A stretch of DNA of 64,000 bases from Intoshia linei (GCA_001642005.1 LWCA01000008.1:1-64000), one strand, 5' to 3'; shown: positions 25,240 to 41,600, counted from the first letter of the stretch. Notes: generated by a model not told the origin, from the sequence alone. A program made the numbers and translations.

Positions 25240-25854
25240 TTAGGTCGTTTCATAGGTAATGTCGTTTTTATTATAACTTTATTATAAATCATTATATCTT
25301 TACGAATATTTACTGTAAGTGCGTTATTTTTTTATTTTTACGAAATATGGACAAATGTGTATTCGATGAAAGAGTAATTTCCGATGACAAACATATTTTT
25401 AATTAGTATTTAAAGAAACAAGTTGGATGATTATGATGGTCATATCAGACATATTTTACTTTATGAGTTTCATATGGGGCATACCGTATCGGAAACTAAT
25501 GAAAATATATGTAATGTTTATGGCAAAGATGCTATCAACATACGAAAAACTCAAAGATGGTTCTTAAAGTTCAGACAAAACAATTATAACCTAGAAAATG
25601 TCCAACGTTCCGGTAGACCTAGTCTAGTAGATGAAGACAAAATTAAAGAGGAATTGATAAAATCTCCAATTCAAACATGTACGTCATTATCAAATGTTGC
25701 TGGTTGTTCAAGAACAAGTGTACATCGAGCTCTTAAAATGATGAATAAATCGAATAGATGTGGTATTTGGGTNACGAAAATAAATTTGAACATTTTTGAA
25801 ATTAAAAAAGAAGACCATTACACTTCTGATCTAAATATCCTTCCAAAAAAATAA
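25240..25854 (+). mobile_element. Truncated mariner element (Mos1/SETMAR-type HTH region)
   Basis: TA|TTAGGTCG terminus; HIRHILLYEF...NICNVYG...QRWFLKFR...RSGRP...HRALKMM...GIW; similarity ends at the N (25773); no DDD domain. Confidence 0.9.
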
Positions 25855-26040
25855 ATATTTTGAACTCTCTGTATCTCTTTTATTTATATTATTCTGATGA
25901 TGTTAAGGAAATTGTTCTTAATTATAATTATATAATAATTAAAAAAGTTTAAAAAATTCCCAAAAATGACCCAACTGCGAATATACAAATGAAAATAAAT
26001 AATTACATGTAAATGACTATTTTTATATATTACTTATATA

Positions 26041-26307
26041 TTAGGTCGTTTCATAAGTAATGTCGTTTTTACTGTAACTTTATTATAAATTATTATATCT
26101 TTACGAATATTTACTATAAGTGCGTTATTTTTTTATTTTTACAAAATATTGACAAATGTGTATTCGATAAAAGAGTAATTTCTGATGACAAACATATTTT
26201 TAATTAGTATTTAGAGAAAATAATTGGATGATTATGATGGTCATATCAGACATATTTTACTTTATGAGTTTCATATGGGGCATACCGTATCGGAAACTAA
26301 TACCTAA
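26041..26307 (+). mobile_element. Second, internally deleted copy of the mariner element
   Basis: Near-identical to 25240-25500; ends ACCTAA|TA, the reverse complement of the terminus. Confidence 0.8.
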
Positions 26308-26650
26308 TAGATGACCACATGGTATTAATATGGGTTCATCGATAAAAAAAAGTGTAATTTTTTGTACCAGTTCACTAGTAATTACATTATTATTATTATG
26401 TATTACACTGCAGTGTAGTATATCATTATGCATAAAATCGGGTCTAGTGAGAAATATGATTAAAATTATTTGTAAATGTAATGTTTTAAATCTATTACTT
26501 ATGATTTATGTTTGAATAATTCTATTTAATAATTGGCTTATTATTACACTGCACAAAACTAAAAAAAGTTTTAAAAAGTCAAAAATGATAGAAAGAATCT
26601 TCCATTAGTACTAAAGTTTAGTCTGAACAAGAGTTTTTCGTAGATATGAA

Positions 26651-29600
26651 TTAATATATTACTGCTAATATTTCAATTTCATTTTCTCTTTTTTGAGCCA
26701 ATAATTTTGTTTGATTTAGCAAAATTAAATGAGATTCATAGCCTTCTAATAATTTAGTTTTCGATCTGATACTATCTATCATAGTTTGGACTGAAGATGT
26801 AATCATTTTACACAAATTGGTAAGCTTTGAAGAAATTAAATCTTTATCAACGTTCATATTCATTTGATGTGAAACCAACATAGTTGAATCAATTTCCAAA
26901 AGAGCAGCCAATTGTTTTGTCAACATTTCAAACTAAGATAACATTAACATGTATAATATAATATAACATAAAATCTATAATATGGTGAAACATTCATGCA
27001 TATTATTTTAGTTAGTCACACTCTAAGAATCGCCTATAAAATAAAAGTTTCAGTTAACTGGCCAATAAATTGTCATGAAAATGTTTGTCAACATGTAAAA
27101 TCAATGAAAGAAAATTTTCAAAATTAAATCATTTCGTTGTGACCGTGTGTTAATTAATCAAATCAAACGAGACCTAGAATTATTAAAAATACACAATCTG
27201 ATACTCATTTAATGCAGATACTGAATATATACCATCACATTAAAAAAGAAAATACCGGTTTATTTACAATTTAGTTTTTTCTGGAATTTAAGCTATATAT
27301 GAAAATAACTAGGATTTACTGTTTTAATATTATTTTTTAAGATTATAACCTCATTCTCTCTACTAAATTAAAAAAATAGGACCAAAAATTGTTTTTAAAA
27401 TTCTTGACGCAAATGTTAAAATAAAATTAAGTGGGAATAATTCACTTTAAATTAAAAGATAATGTGAAATGACCGGTCTGTGGTGAAACAAGTTTGGGAA
27501 CCACTCTTTTAAGGATTGATAATATCGAATAGTAGCATTTTTATATAAGATTTTATTATTGAATTTATTTTTTTGGTAGAATTAAAAAAGTCCACGCTCG
27601 TCAGAGCTAGGTGCTATTTGTACCTAGTACATAACAATCAACCTAATAATGGATAAATTGTTAGTACGTTTTTATTCTGGTCACTTTACCTAAGTGAAAT
27701 CTAATAACACTGAGTTATCAGCAGTTGAATTTTATAATTTCCCACCTAACGATGGTTTCAAACCTTCATGCAATATATTATAAGTTACTTTGTTATCCAT
27801 TAAAGTATTATTCTTTAATTTTTCATTGTTACCAGAATAATCATAATTATAGTATTTTTTTGGTTCAAAATTTAAATTGATTTTTTCATTTTCTTTTTTA
27901 TTTTGGCCATCATTTAATTTTCCATTAACAGCCATACTATTTTTAATGTTTTTATTTAATGGTTCAATAGAAGCTAATGGTAATTTTGGTAACATGTCAT
28001 TTGATTTAAGTTTAGATACTTCTCTTCGTAACATTTTGACTTCTAATATAGCCTCCTCGTGTGTTGGCACTAAACAATACATTTTATAAATATTTATTTT
28101 AGATTTTACCTCAGCTTTAATAATATTATTTACAATTAAAGAAAAAAATGATGTAAATATTCATCGAAATGAAATTTTTAATAATTGTAGTACATCAACC
28201 TCTGTCCTTTAACAGGTTATAGACTATAACTTATAGAGCATCTTTTTCTATCATAAACATCAAACTAAACAATGTTACCAAAATTGAAATAAATTTCAAA
28301 ATTATACTAACAAAGTTATACTTAACCCTTTCCCTGTATGCGATGAAGTAATGTTAGTGATGAGACACGTGTGTATTCTGTTATGCACCGTAAAATAATG
28401 AAAAACTTTATTCTTTTATACCTTCATACTAATACACATTTTCATACTGGTAATTTAAAATTATTAAATTAAATTATTATTAAAATTAACCTTTTATGAT
28501 TAAAATTGTTGAGCTTTATAAATGTAAAATTAGATTAGTTATTTTATATTCTTAATCAGCAAATCACATTTATCTATACATTAAATGCAATTTTATAATG
28601 TTTAAAAAATGTCACACGCTGCTGGGTATATAACAACACTAAATATATTTAATTTACTTGGATTTTTGAGAAATTCCAATTTCTTTAATCGTTTCCTCAT
28701 TTCAACTATTCCATTTTTCTGATTTTGTATAATATTTTCATGTCTCGCTAATGTACAATCGATATTTTTCTTTTTAATTAATTCCAAATTTTGTTTCTAA
28801 AATATTATTCAAAATAAGCAATTATTTCATAAGCTTATTTAATTTTAGTCTTTGTGTAATTAATTAAAAATAATACCAAATTTTCAATTTGAACTATATG
28901 GCTTTCTAAATTATATTTGTAAGATTCGTTTTCTTTGGTTAAATTTGATATTTTTTTTCTATTATTCAATAAAATTTCTTCTAGGTTCTTAATTTCAATT
29001 TTACTATCTCTAAATTAAAATTATGAGATATATCAATATTAAATCTACATATTCAAATATAGCACAATACAACATTTTTCAACATTTTTGACGACGATCC
29101 AATTAATTTTTTTCAGAAAGTGAAGAGACGTGTAATAAATAAATTATTTGAAAATTATAGATATTTCTAATGCGTAGTTACTGAAATAATTAGGCGGAAA
29201 TATTATTTTACAAAATTTAAAAAATTTAATTTTTTTATACATATATTATATAAAATATGCATATAAATATAAAATAATACGAAAAATCTATTAAAACAGT
29301 ATTTTCGAAAATATAACCACTATTTCAAATTTTTAATGGAAATTACTCCAAAAAAAAACTTTTTTGACGACGATCTGAAATTATCCTATTTTATTATGAG
29401 AACCATTAACTCACATAGATAAAAAAAAATTGGAGTAATTTTTATAACGTACTGTTTTAAATTAATGATTGAATAATTGAAAAATTTTTTGTAATATTAA
29501 TTAGACACCATTATAATTAATCGCACTGTAAAATATAATACCGTATATAAATTAATAATAATATGTATTATACGTTAATAATTAACTTAATTCTGAGTAT

Positions 29601-32600
29601 TTATAGATTTATTTAATTAACTATTTTAATTAATTATTAAATTTGAAAACACCTTTTGATAACGATAAAATATTTAAAAACATTATTTTTTTTATATTAC
29701 ATATTTTTTAGTGAGATTTTAGTGGATACGCTTTTTAAGTGTTGTTCAGGGTTATCAAAGTTAGAATGATATCCTATCAATTAGCTTAACGGTTATTTAC
29801 TTCGTAAAAACAGCAGCTAGCTCTGCCGAGGACCGATTTTTTAATTTTAAGACGCATTTTTTAATTTATTATAGACATATTAGAACATTTTATATACAAA
29901 AAGTTTATATAAGCCCACGAAATGTATGTATTTAAAGGGAGACTTCACTGTATTTACTATTTTATTTTTATAGAATGCAGGTTATTTACGATGATTTTTA
30001 GGATTGTAATATTTTTATTTTATTTTTAACATTATATATTAATTCTTTGTAATTACTAATAATTAAATACATTTAATTTAATCAGTCAATGATAATTTTT
30101 TGAAAAATAAGAGAAATTAAAACTGAACATTTTTTTTTAACAGAAATTGTCGTTTGAGCTTTTAAACGTGGTACCGACTTTATAATATTGTTCTCCATGT
30201 TTAGTTTAACAGTTTATTTTAATAAATTTGTTTCGAGCTCAATTTTTTTGGATTTTTAAATAATGTAAATAGCCAAAACTCGAGAAATTAAATCGTTAAT
30301 AAAATACAAAAAAATTAGTATTTTTGCAAAAATATTTTAAACAACTTAACACGCAATGTCAATAAAAAATAATTAATTAAATTCAATTACGTCAAATTTT
30401 TAGCCATATCGTCAAAATTATATTTTTCTGATTGATAATTTTTTTCCAAATTAAAATTTTTTATGCGTAGATCGTCCAATTGAATCACCACAGATTCAAA
30501 TTCTTTTTTATATTTTTCGTTGTCTTCTTTTTCTTGTTGAGATAATTCCGCTAAAAATAAATATTTTGAATATATTGGATAAAAGTGATGAAGACGAAGG
30601 TATATCATGATTGGTCAGTTTTATTCAATAATTGTTGTATTTAACTCCATTAACTTTTTTTATTCAATAAAATCTATACTCTACTGCTGATAATCTAACA
30701 ATGTAACTATCAGTCAGTATTACTGAGTCAGTGATGAGCTAGGTACTGTTTGTACGAAATACATAACAGTAAACCTAGTAAATTAATATAATTTAGTAAT
30801 ATATAATTGATGGTGAATATTTTATGCGATTATTTTTTGATTAACCTGATCAAAATTCTAGATTCTCGATAGATCTCTACCATGGAAATCTGACAATTAC
30901 ATAAGTAATGATAACCTTTTACGTCAGTAAACTTTGATAATTGTTTTTTTAAATTAAAATTTAAATATTCGACTTGCTTCTCTTTTTGAATGAGAATCCT
31001 ATTTAATTGAGTAAGATCTCGTTTTAAAGTCATGTTATCCTGCTTGGTCTCTGTTAATGCTTGTTCAATAGCGAGAAAATCTTCATTAGGCTGGTTCAAA
31101 TTTATTATATTATCAATTTCATCTATTTTATCGCTACATATTTGCTCATTTACATCTTCGATACTTGGAACATGTTTCTGTGATTGTACACCTGGTATAT
31201 ATTGTAGTTGTGTATTTTTCATATCTAAATAATTTTCAGTTTCATTGATTTTTCAAATAATTAAGTTAAATATTAACTGAAAATTCAAATTTTTAAATAT
31301 AAAAATTAAAAAAACACTGCCATTTATATCTCTTATTAAATTTAATTTAATTGTGGGAAAATTATATAAAAGATAATAAAACATAAAATTAGAAATGGTG
31401 ACGTTTAATTAATCCTTTGACACGAAAACGCAACTTAAGTTGCATCTAATACATCGGCTCATATTATAACCACACCTACTTTAAGATCATTTAAAATAGA
31501 TACAATCTATTTTAATTGTGTTAGGTTTACATTATTCGTCCGTTTACATCGTCCGATAATATGACGGAATTTCAATCTTCTCCCAAATCAACATACTTCC
31601 ATGCCAAAAAAAAACTATTTATTTATGAGTTTTTGAAAAATGAAATAGTAGATAAAGACATATTTATTATAAGTTTACAAAGATTCTCACAGCGCCCGCC
31701 CTAGCGCCCTACAATTTCACCGCCCCAAGCGGGCGCTATCGCCCACTTAAGGAAAAACTGGTTTACATCAACATGTGTCACATTTCATTTTGGTAGTAAA
31801 ATATTAAGTTACATAAAAAGAAATTGTAGTTATTTTTTGAAAAGGCTTACCTTTACTTTTCGTTAATTATTAATTTTTTATATTTTTATGTGAATGAAAC
31901 ATACAAAATGATCTGAAAAATTAAATTTATAGATTTTGTAAAATTATGGGCGTAGTTATATATTTAAAAATATAAAAATCCAACGTACGCATAGCCGTAC
32001 CAGTAAAAATTTAAATGTACGTTGAACGTATCACTAAGATATCATTACTAAAAACATTTTTTTAATCTTTTAGTTTTAATTAAAAATTCACACCTCTAAC
32101 AATAGTATACATTTTATCATTTATTTATTTAATGTTCTAATGTTAATAACTTTTATTTTATATTGTATTCATTTGACCAATGACTATTACTTTATTAAAA
32201 ACCTTTATTTACTCATTATACCTTGTTTTTGCCAAAATACTAATTAAAATATTTATAGTTATAAAATATTTACCAAATATAGGGGTGGGGAATCTCTCCA
32301 CCAGTCAAAAGTTTGCTCTCGTAAGATTAATTTTGGAGCACTGAGGATTTCAGCTGATATTCATAACTTATATCATCATTTCATTTACCTTTAGTACATT
32401 AAATATTTTTTTCTATTCCATTCTTTAACCGTCAAAAAATAAATTTGGACGATTGATATAACCAAAACAAAATGGTCATAAAAACGATAATTATAAAACT
32501 TTTTTCGGTATTAGAGAATAAATTCAATGGTATACGATGCAGCTGAACATGATTTATTAAATAATACAAAATATTTTAATTTTTCTCGACAAACCAAGCA

Positions 32601-35600
32601 GCAATTTAACTTTTTGTAAAAAAAATTAAGAAAAATACCAAAATAAATTTAAATTTAAAAATTTTTTGTTATTATTTAATATATGAGTGCAACTTCGTTA
32701 ATAATATTTTTGAATAACGGTTTTTGCCATCGTGATTTCGATTCAAAAATATACATTATCAACACTGGTAAGTTTTGAAAAATCGCAAAATTTAAAATAA
32801 ATGTTACACCTATTGTATATGGTTTAGTTTGTTTAAAATAAAATAATTTGATTAATTTCATAAGCATGTGATTGATTGAACAATCTGTTTATGTAAATTA
32901 AAAATATATAATATATCATTTTTATATAACCTTCTTTAATTTTTGAAATTTCAAGATTTAAATCACGTATAACAAAATCTTTGCAATGATTTTTTTCTTG
33001 GATAATTTTGAGTTGTTCTTCCAATACAGCGATTATTTCAGATTGATCTTTCATTTCATTTTTAATTGCGTCTTGTTCAGAAGAATGGTTATCTTGAATA
33101 ATTTTGACATCTAAATCGTAACTGTTTTGCGTTTTTACATGCTCACTAACACTTTCCCTATATTTACTCTCCATATCCATCTAATATTTTTTTATTATAA
33201 TACTTTTTACATCATATGGCCATATGGCCTGGGCCTACAACATGAGGCGCCTAATAGTTTATATTATTAAAATGGCAATGTTGGAAAATTTCTTAAGTAT
33301 GTCACAACTATGATGACCAATGCGATGTATAACTGTTATTTTCAATGTTTAGGCAATAAACCATCGATTAAACAATGTATAGACGTGCCAATTTTAAAAA
33401 AAAATTGATAGGGGCCGTTTATTTCAATCTGGCCGGGTCTACTACCGGCTCAACACGGCCCTGGCTGTATAGCATACAAGATGGTTAAAATTAGTTTCTG
33501 TTAACCGCCATTCGTCAACAAAATAAAGTTCATTTGTACGTAATAGATTACAATTTCTTGTTTCAAATTTTCAACAATGATGCTATTTTTTGATGATTTT
33601 TCAATAAGTTCAGCATAAACTGATTGTAATGACTGAAGGTCCTATTTTAAAAATAAAATAATTGATATATGATTTATAATTAACTGTGATTTATATTAAT
33701 ATTATAATACAGTGAAACCTCTTTACAAACAAACGATTTTGAAAATGTAACGACTAATTTGTTTTTTGTAGTATCAAAAAAGCGTGATAAGTGTCATAAA
33801 AATTCAATAAAACGTAAATTTTGACATGTCAAATGTAATAAAAAAATTATATAGGTTGGATATATTTTTAAAAGCATGATAATTTGTTTATAGAGGGTTT
33901 TGTTTATAAAGAGGTTTCACTGCACTAACAATTCATTTCATTTTGTCTGGTACATTTTCATGACTTGACATGAAATTTTACTATATATAGATGTAATTTA
34001 ACTACCAATCCATTTTCACTAAGAATACGTCTTAGATAAAGTGACCAGGTAAAATCAATAATATCAATTTTAGTTTAGTGATATTCAAAGCGAAATTAAA
34101 TATTTATGATCGCTAGAGTAAAGCAACCCATTTTAATAAGACTTATTATTAATAGTACGAAATTTATACTCTAGGGTGTCACACCAATCAAAGAATTAAG
34201 GGCGATTAGTGCGGAAATTGTGTGTTATCATGATATATAAAATAATCTGGAATGGGGTTTGAAAGATGCCAATTCGATTACGCTCATCATTTTACAGTGT
34301 TGTCAAATCCTTAAATCAATAAAGTGATAATCAATTTAAAAAATTATTTTAAATATATTGGTGAAAGAAATTATTGATTTATGGACTCGTTTTTCATTGG
34401 AATCCGTCAGTTTAGGATTGATCAACATAAAACTAAAAAAATTATCGTTAGTTACAATAAGTTGATAAAAAACGTAAATAGAAATAAAACAAAACCTAAT
34501 TGGGATGAAGTCCTCAACGTCAGAGATTATAAAATCAAATTGAAATGTGAGGATGAAGCTTTCTTTAACCTTCAAGAAAAATAGGACAATGTTCCAATAT
34601 ATTTTCAGTTATACAAGGGAAAAAACCGAGAAAGAGCCTACAAGTGGCCAATTTTCAATATGAAAGATATAAAGATAACGAAGAAATTGAAAATGATTTA
34701 TCTGATATTGATTACGTAAATTTACCCAATAAACGTAAAGCACCGAATATTGGCAGAGTTGCATTTATGAAAAATACCTCTGTGAGGAAACCCGTAATTA
34801 TATATATCTAAACGAAATCCAAATTGCAGAGTTTCTACACATGTTGGAGTTTATAAATCACAACTAAGAAATTTATTTAAGGTCAACTTGACTATGAAAG
34901 AAAAATTTTGATCTTATGACGAATCTTTTTGCATACATTTTGATGGAAAAAGAACTAAAAGCTATATAGAGGGAATAAAAACTTTTCCAAACAGTAAAAG
35001 CGCTACTGTGGCAAATGCAGTTAAAGAAGTTATTACAGATTTTGATTTAAAAGAAAAAAATCTTTAATTATTACTGATACAATTCCTGCTAATACAGGAA
35101 AACATCAGGGTGCTGTAACTCTTTTACAAAAAAAATTTGAATAATTTAAAATACATTTTATCGGTTCATAGATTTCATATTTTGGATTTAATTTTGAAAC
35201 AGGTCCTTAACCACATCTTCAATTATAATTAAAGTTCCCCAAATATGGATTATTATTTTATTATGTTATTATACAAAATTTTATTAACTTAAAATCAAGA
35301 TATCATGGCAAAATTGAAATTGTAGATTCACTAAATGTAGGAACAGAATGGAGAGATGATTATAGAGAGCTGAAAAATTTGTGTAATTGTTATCTAACAT
35401 ATTAAAAATGTAGAAAGTTGCCTATAATGAGTTTATGATGTCTTCGGTCTCTATCCAATGCAAGATGGAATTCGCGTGCAATTTATTGTTTTAAGGCGTT
35501 TTTACCGAATATTGATAGAAGTCAAAATATGATTGATGCTTGTAACTTCATATCAATATATTGGGCACCTGCATGGTTCACTTCACGTTTTAAAAAAGCC

Positions 35601-38600
35601 CCTTGGTGTGAATTAGAAGTTTTCCTAAAATTTCATCATTATTTCAAACCTTACAATTGTATAATGAGACATTGGAAAAAGAAGGAACACCCATTTGATA
35701 TAGCATATAAAAATGAAATTGCCGAAAGAATTTTGGCCACCATGTGTAGTTACATCAATAATGTTAAGAGTGACACTATGTTGAAGTCAAAAACTATTTT
35801 TGATAAAAATTAAATTATAACTATTTTTAATGTTTTTTTAATTTTATGACTTTACTGACTGATATACTCACATCTTTGCTTTCATCATCATCTCTTCTTG
35901 CATTGCAGCAATAACATAATTTTCTATTTTTTTAGATTTCAAGTAAAATATTTTGTCTAATATTTCATAAAACTTACTTTTACTTCGATCAAAAGCTCAA
36001 TTTTTTCATTTGTATACTATTTATGTCATGATATTTTGTAATATTTTCCAAGAGTTCGGTTTATGTCATATCCAAACAGAATCTATACATACCAAACATC
36101 AATATTTATCGTCTATATCTTTTTGAATATAATAATTATTTAAAAATTTCTGGGGTTGAAATTTTATGTCTATATTAAGTGAAATAACCTGTATCAGAAT
36201 AATTTTCATTACTTTAAATTTTTTATGTTTATAAAATAGTTTCGAAATAAAAAAAATGAATATTAAAGTTCTATTTTTGACCGTAAAGGCATCACTTTGC
36301 CAATTTAAAAATTTTTTCTGTATTAACTGGATATAACTGTATGAACTGTAAATTTTTTTAAATTCTAGGATTACTTTCATTTTAAAAAAAAGGGTAATCT
36401 GTGGTTTTGATCATGAAAATGCACTTTTTCGAGTTTTGGATTTATAGTAATGTTTATTATTGTGAAAACTATTGCCTAATTTATGTTTTATAAGAATCTA
36501 GAAGATTTTTCATTTTTAAACAAAAGGGGGTAATTTGGGGTTTTCATCGTGAAGATATAAGATTTTGAAATTGAAATTTATCATAAATGTTGATAATTTT
36601 ATAATTTTTATCAGATTCTGTATTTTTTATAATTTAGGACTGGTTTGAATTTTAAAAATAAAGATAATTGGGGTTTTTGATCTTGAAGAACTCACTTTCT
36701 GAAGATGAAATTTACGATAAAACATCATCCTCGTAAACTATAATAGAAATATGGAATTTTTAAAACTCCAACCCTCTTACTTTGTTAAATAAAATGGAAC
36801 AAATAAAGACATACATCTTTAACTAAATTACTTTCTTTAAGTAACTATAATATTTATAAGTACTTCTGGACGCTTTGGCTAAAGTCTATATTTAGGTTTA
36901 AAATTTTTTCTAAATAAACTAAAAAAATATGATACTTAAATAACTTTACTATATAATATTACTTTTATAACTTTTAGTTTGTCAGAAAATGCACCTAACG
37001 TAATGATTATAAATTACAAATTTAAAACGATCAATCAATTCATTCTTCTTATCTATGTCAACCTTAAATTGAATTCTCAGGTTTTCCATTTCTGTGTGTT
37101 TATCGTTTTGAATACATTTAAATTTTATTTCAAATTGTTTCTCCACTAAATTTAGAAATTAATAAATATGAAATTTTATAAATTAAATTTTTTAAAATTT
37201 TTGGTCTATTCATGGATTATCTCATTATACTCTATCACATTGCAGCAACAACAAACTGGGCGTACATGTATATTAGAAATAGCAACAGCGAATTGTCAAA
37301 AAATATACGGTATGCGCAAAAGATAAAATAGTATTACTTTGCATTTTTAACGTATTTAAACCATCATTATATCTATCTTGATAAATAATTCTTTGAGATT
37401 CAATTTTATTTTTAAATTGTTCAAACTGCTTTGTTTTTAATTGTTTTAGTTTACCATCAATTAAACTATTTTCTTTATGAATCCTATTTATGTTTTCCAA
37501 CATATTTTCAATATAATTATCAATACCTAAACATTCACTAATGTAATATGAAAATAAATGTCTCATTGAGAAAATCATTATAAATGAAAAATTAATACCC
37601 AAATGAATTATATCGCATGATTTTATGTTGTACTTTAAAAATTTTTCTTCAATAGATTGCACAATATTTAAAAAAAAATTTGAAACATGTTGGAATGATT
37701 TTATTATCCACTCTGTCCATTCGGTAGTATCCAAACAAGTAATATCATTTAGAAAGTTTTTAATTTTTTGAGAATTGATCCAATTATGACAAGTCAATAT
37801 ATTCTTAAAATAAAAATTACTAATCAATACTTTATATTAAATCAATGATTAGTGAGCATATAATAAAACAATTAATAACGTAAATAAAAACTTGAAAAAA
37901 TTAAATTTATTTATAAAAAATATTTATTCTTCAATTTACAGTCTTCAAGTTCTTCAAGTCTAAATATTTCATTAATTTATTAAATCTTAATTGAAAAATT
38001 TTTTTTTGTAATTTATTCAAGTTTTTATTACATTTGGTAAAGACTGTTAATATCGATTTTGTAAATAAAATTTACCAAAGATTTGTTAATTTTTGAATTT
38101 AGCACATCCAAGTTGTTTCGGTTTGACTGAGTATCTCTTTTTAGTGATTCATTTTTTGATTTTAAATCAGATATTTTTTTATTGATATGTGTACGGTCCG
38201 ATATAATAGTTTTCAAAAATTCAAACAATTGGTCGTCGTTCATATTTTTACTTGAAGATGCATTTATTCCTGGTGTAGAAAAGACAATTTCAGTAACTCT
38301 ATTACGCATTCGTACGAGCTAAATTTTTAATAATTATGAATAATAACTGAAAATTTATTGACCATTTTGCATACTAAGCACACCGATTTAAGTACGCCAA
38401 ATAATTTGGCGAAAAAAATTTCAAAACGTAAAATCGGAAATGTTGGCACCCCTGCACAATATATCATAAATAAATTGCAACTGATCATTACTTGGTGTGA
38501 AATTAGTTTATTATCAACTTTCATATCTAAAATTATTTTGTCCAGTTCCTGTATTTTTATTTGCTTTTCATCAGATTGAACTATTAAATTTTCAATTTTC

Positions 38601-41600
38601 TAAATTATATAATGTATATAAGCTATATTTGTAACGCATGCATCTAATAAATCAAAATTTATTTTCAATGTATACGATATGTTTCTCAAAAATGGCGACA
38701 GATCTTATTGATTACGGAAAACTTTGCATTAAAAACGATTTATTAACAAAAAATAATGTACACAATTATATAAGATTTTTTTAAATATCGGTCAATATGC
38801 CAGAGTACATGCCTAACACGTGGGTCCTTGTAAGAATTTGCTTTACAGGTTAGACTTTACATTTTAATAATTATAATAGTTTCAGTTTTAGTTTGATATT
38901 AATTGAAAATTTTAATACCAATTCAGATTCTTTGATTATATTTATTTTTTCGATGTAATTTTCTTTCAACTGCATATGAGCATCATTTTTTTCTTCCAAT
39001 AAATTTTGCATATGATTTATTTTCTATAAAATTTTAGAAATTATCAAATGACAATCAAATAATCTAAAATTACTTGTTTGACAGTCAAAAGTTCAGAAAA
39101 ATTATTTTTATTATCAATTTCATCCCTTCTTTCACTTTCAATTTGATGAAACTATAAAAAATATAATTAACAGATTGTTAAAAATTGTCAAAAATGATAG
39201 GGACAGATTTGTTAGTAAACAAAAAATTAAATGTAAATTAAATTCAAAAAACGGACATTTTAAAACAACTAAAATTAAAATACATCAGACACAGAAATAA
39301 CCATACAATAAAAATACAATAAATTTACATTTAAATTAAATTTAAAAATCGATAGTTACAAAAGTTTTTAAATTAATAATATATCCAACATGTAAATAAA
39401 GTCTACATATTAGAAACATAGTAATATTACTTAGTTACAAAAAAGTCTAATTAATTTCACATCTGATTGAAATTGGAAATTTAATCAAATTTATTGTTAT
39501 GGAATGAATTGTTATAAACTCAGGATTACATTATTTTGCATTGACTTTAATTGAAAAGAATTTTCTTGTAATTGTTCTCGGAATATGGAAATTTCTTGAT
39601 ATAAACCCTTAATTGTTTCATCCTATAAAATATATAATGATTAATTAAGAAATTTAAATAATTATATAATTATTCCAATACTTGACGTATTCTTGCATAT
39701 TGTATTCAATTCCACATTGAAAGTGGAGGGGAAATTATAAATACATAAATACTGTTGCAATTATACAATTGTAACAAGTGATTGAAAAATAGTATTATTA
39801 ACCTAATATTATGTAAAACCTTTTTAATTAAACAATTTTGTAAATCATTAATCAAACTTTTATAATAATTTTTCTCTTTGTTTGAATTTTCCAATTCTTT
39901 CATTTTTGCACTATTGTTTTCTTGATTGTTACAAGAATTTGAAAGTTTTTCCTGACTTTTTTCTCTATATATATCAAAATATTCATTTTCTTTCATATTT
40001 TGCAACTATAGACAATATTTAATTCAGAAAAAAATGTATTTACTTGTTCTTTTAAAGATGCTACTTCAATACACTTGAAAGCTAATTTTTGTTTCATAGA
40101 CAATGGATCCATATTTTTTGTTTCCTGTCTAGATTGAGCTTGTGAAATTAATTTCGACTCATATTGCTGGACCACATTTTGTAATTTAGAAATTTGTTTA
40201 CGTAAGATTTTTATAATGTCATTTTGAGGGCTGTGTTGGTCGTTTCCGTCATTATTTCTTTGTGATGCTAATCTTTCTATTAAATTTTCATTATTATCTG
40301 ATTCGGATGAATTATTGGACTCGACCTAAGTTTAATATATGATGTGATATTTACTGATTTTATTATTTTAATCAAACGGATATTCAACGAAATTTAAATC
40401 AAACCAAGATAGTAAATTTTCGGCGCACTATCAAAAGATCGTAAAAAATAAACTTCATAACTAAACTAAATATAGTAAATTGAATTGGATAAAAAATATT
40501 CTATGGTGTTGACACCATAGAATATTTTTATTTTTTTTGTAATATGGTTTGTAGGTATAATATGGTATATTAATATTTCAGTTTTAACTTGGTCTGTAGT
40601 CTTAATTAAATGACATAATTAATTAATTATTTAATTTAAACTTAAAAAAAATAAATACGATCTTTTGATTTACGATATTGTGAACGGACACGTAAATTTT
40701 TAATAGAAATTACACATTGAGTTTCATGTATTGAATAAAATTATAATTTTGTAAATATTTTACTTTTTAATTGGTCAAAATTCTGGAGGGTTTCCCTCTA
40801 TAACGAGCCGTCTCTGACTATGAGTGTACTTAAAAAAAGTATCATAAACATTCCTATTAAATTTTAAAAATTTGTCAATCTTTATTGTCAATCTTACCTG
40901 GACAGCCTAATTTAATTTAATTTTGATGTTTCAAAAATATATATTCTAAGTTAGTTACTTAATTTATTATTTAAAATATATAAATTACTTGAGCATCTTC
41001 TATTTCTTCCTTTTCAACTAAATTTAAATATTTAAAATTAAATTATGCAGTTAGATTTCAATTAGAAAATGTTTTCTTTTATATTCAAAAATTTTATTGA
41101 TGCAAAACCACTTGTATGAATTAATGTCGTTGAAATTGAATTGATTTTTATCAAATATGTGAATGAGATAAGTTAAATATTTTTTATCACTATGCTAACT
41201 TATATAATATGCTACGCGATTTTTGTTTGTGTGTGTCTGTGTGTCCAGCTTTATTTAAATACCTACCCGTCTTAGAATTTTATAAAGTTCACATTTCAAT
41301 TACAGTTTTTTCCGGGGATGTTCGCAAATTTAATTTCAACCTCCCAATTTCACATCTTACGGGTCAAAAACCCCAGTTGTCCCTTTTTTTGATAATCAAA
41401 CGAGTTGGAGAATTTAAAAAAATATATACGCTGATACGGATTTTAAAATCATAAACATTCCATAAATTTAAAAAAATTATATCATCAGGACCAAAACCAC
41501 AAATTACCCTTCTTTTTTTAATGAAAACAGCCCTAGAATTTCAAAAAAATTTTACAGCTTGTACAGTTATATCCTGTTAACACACACAGAAAATTTCAAT

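Noticed and set aside
41209-41454. Recurrent small ORFs (41209, 46233, 44329, 36099, 23139)
   Set aside because: Chance frames within Helitron or MITE repeats; not conserved between copies.
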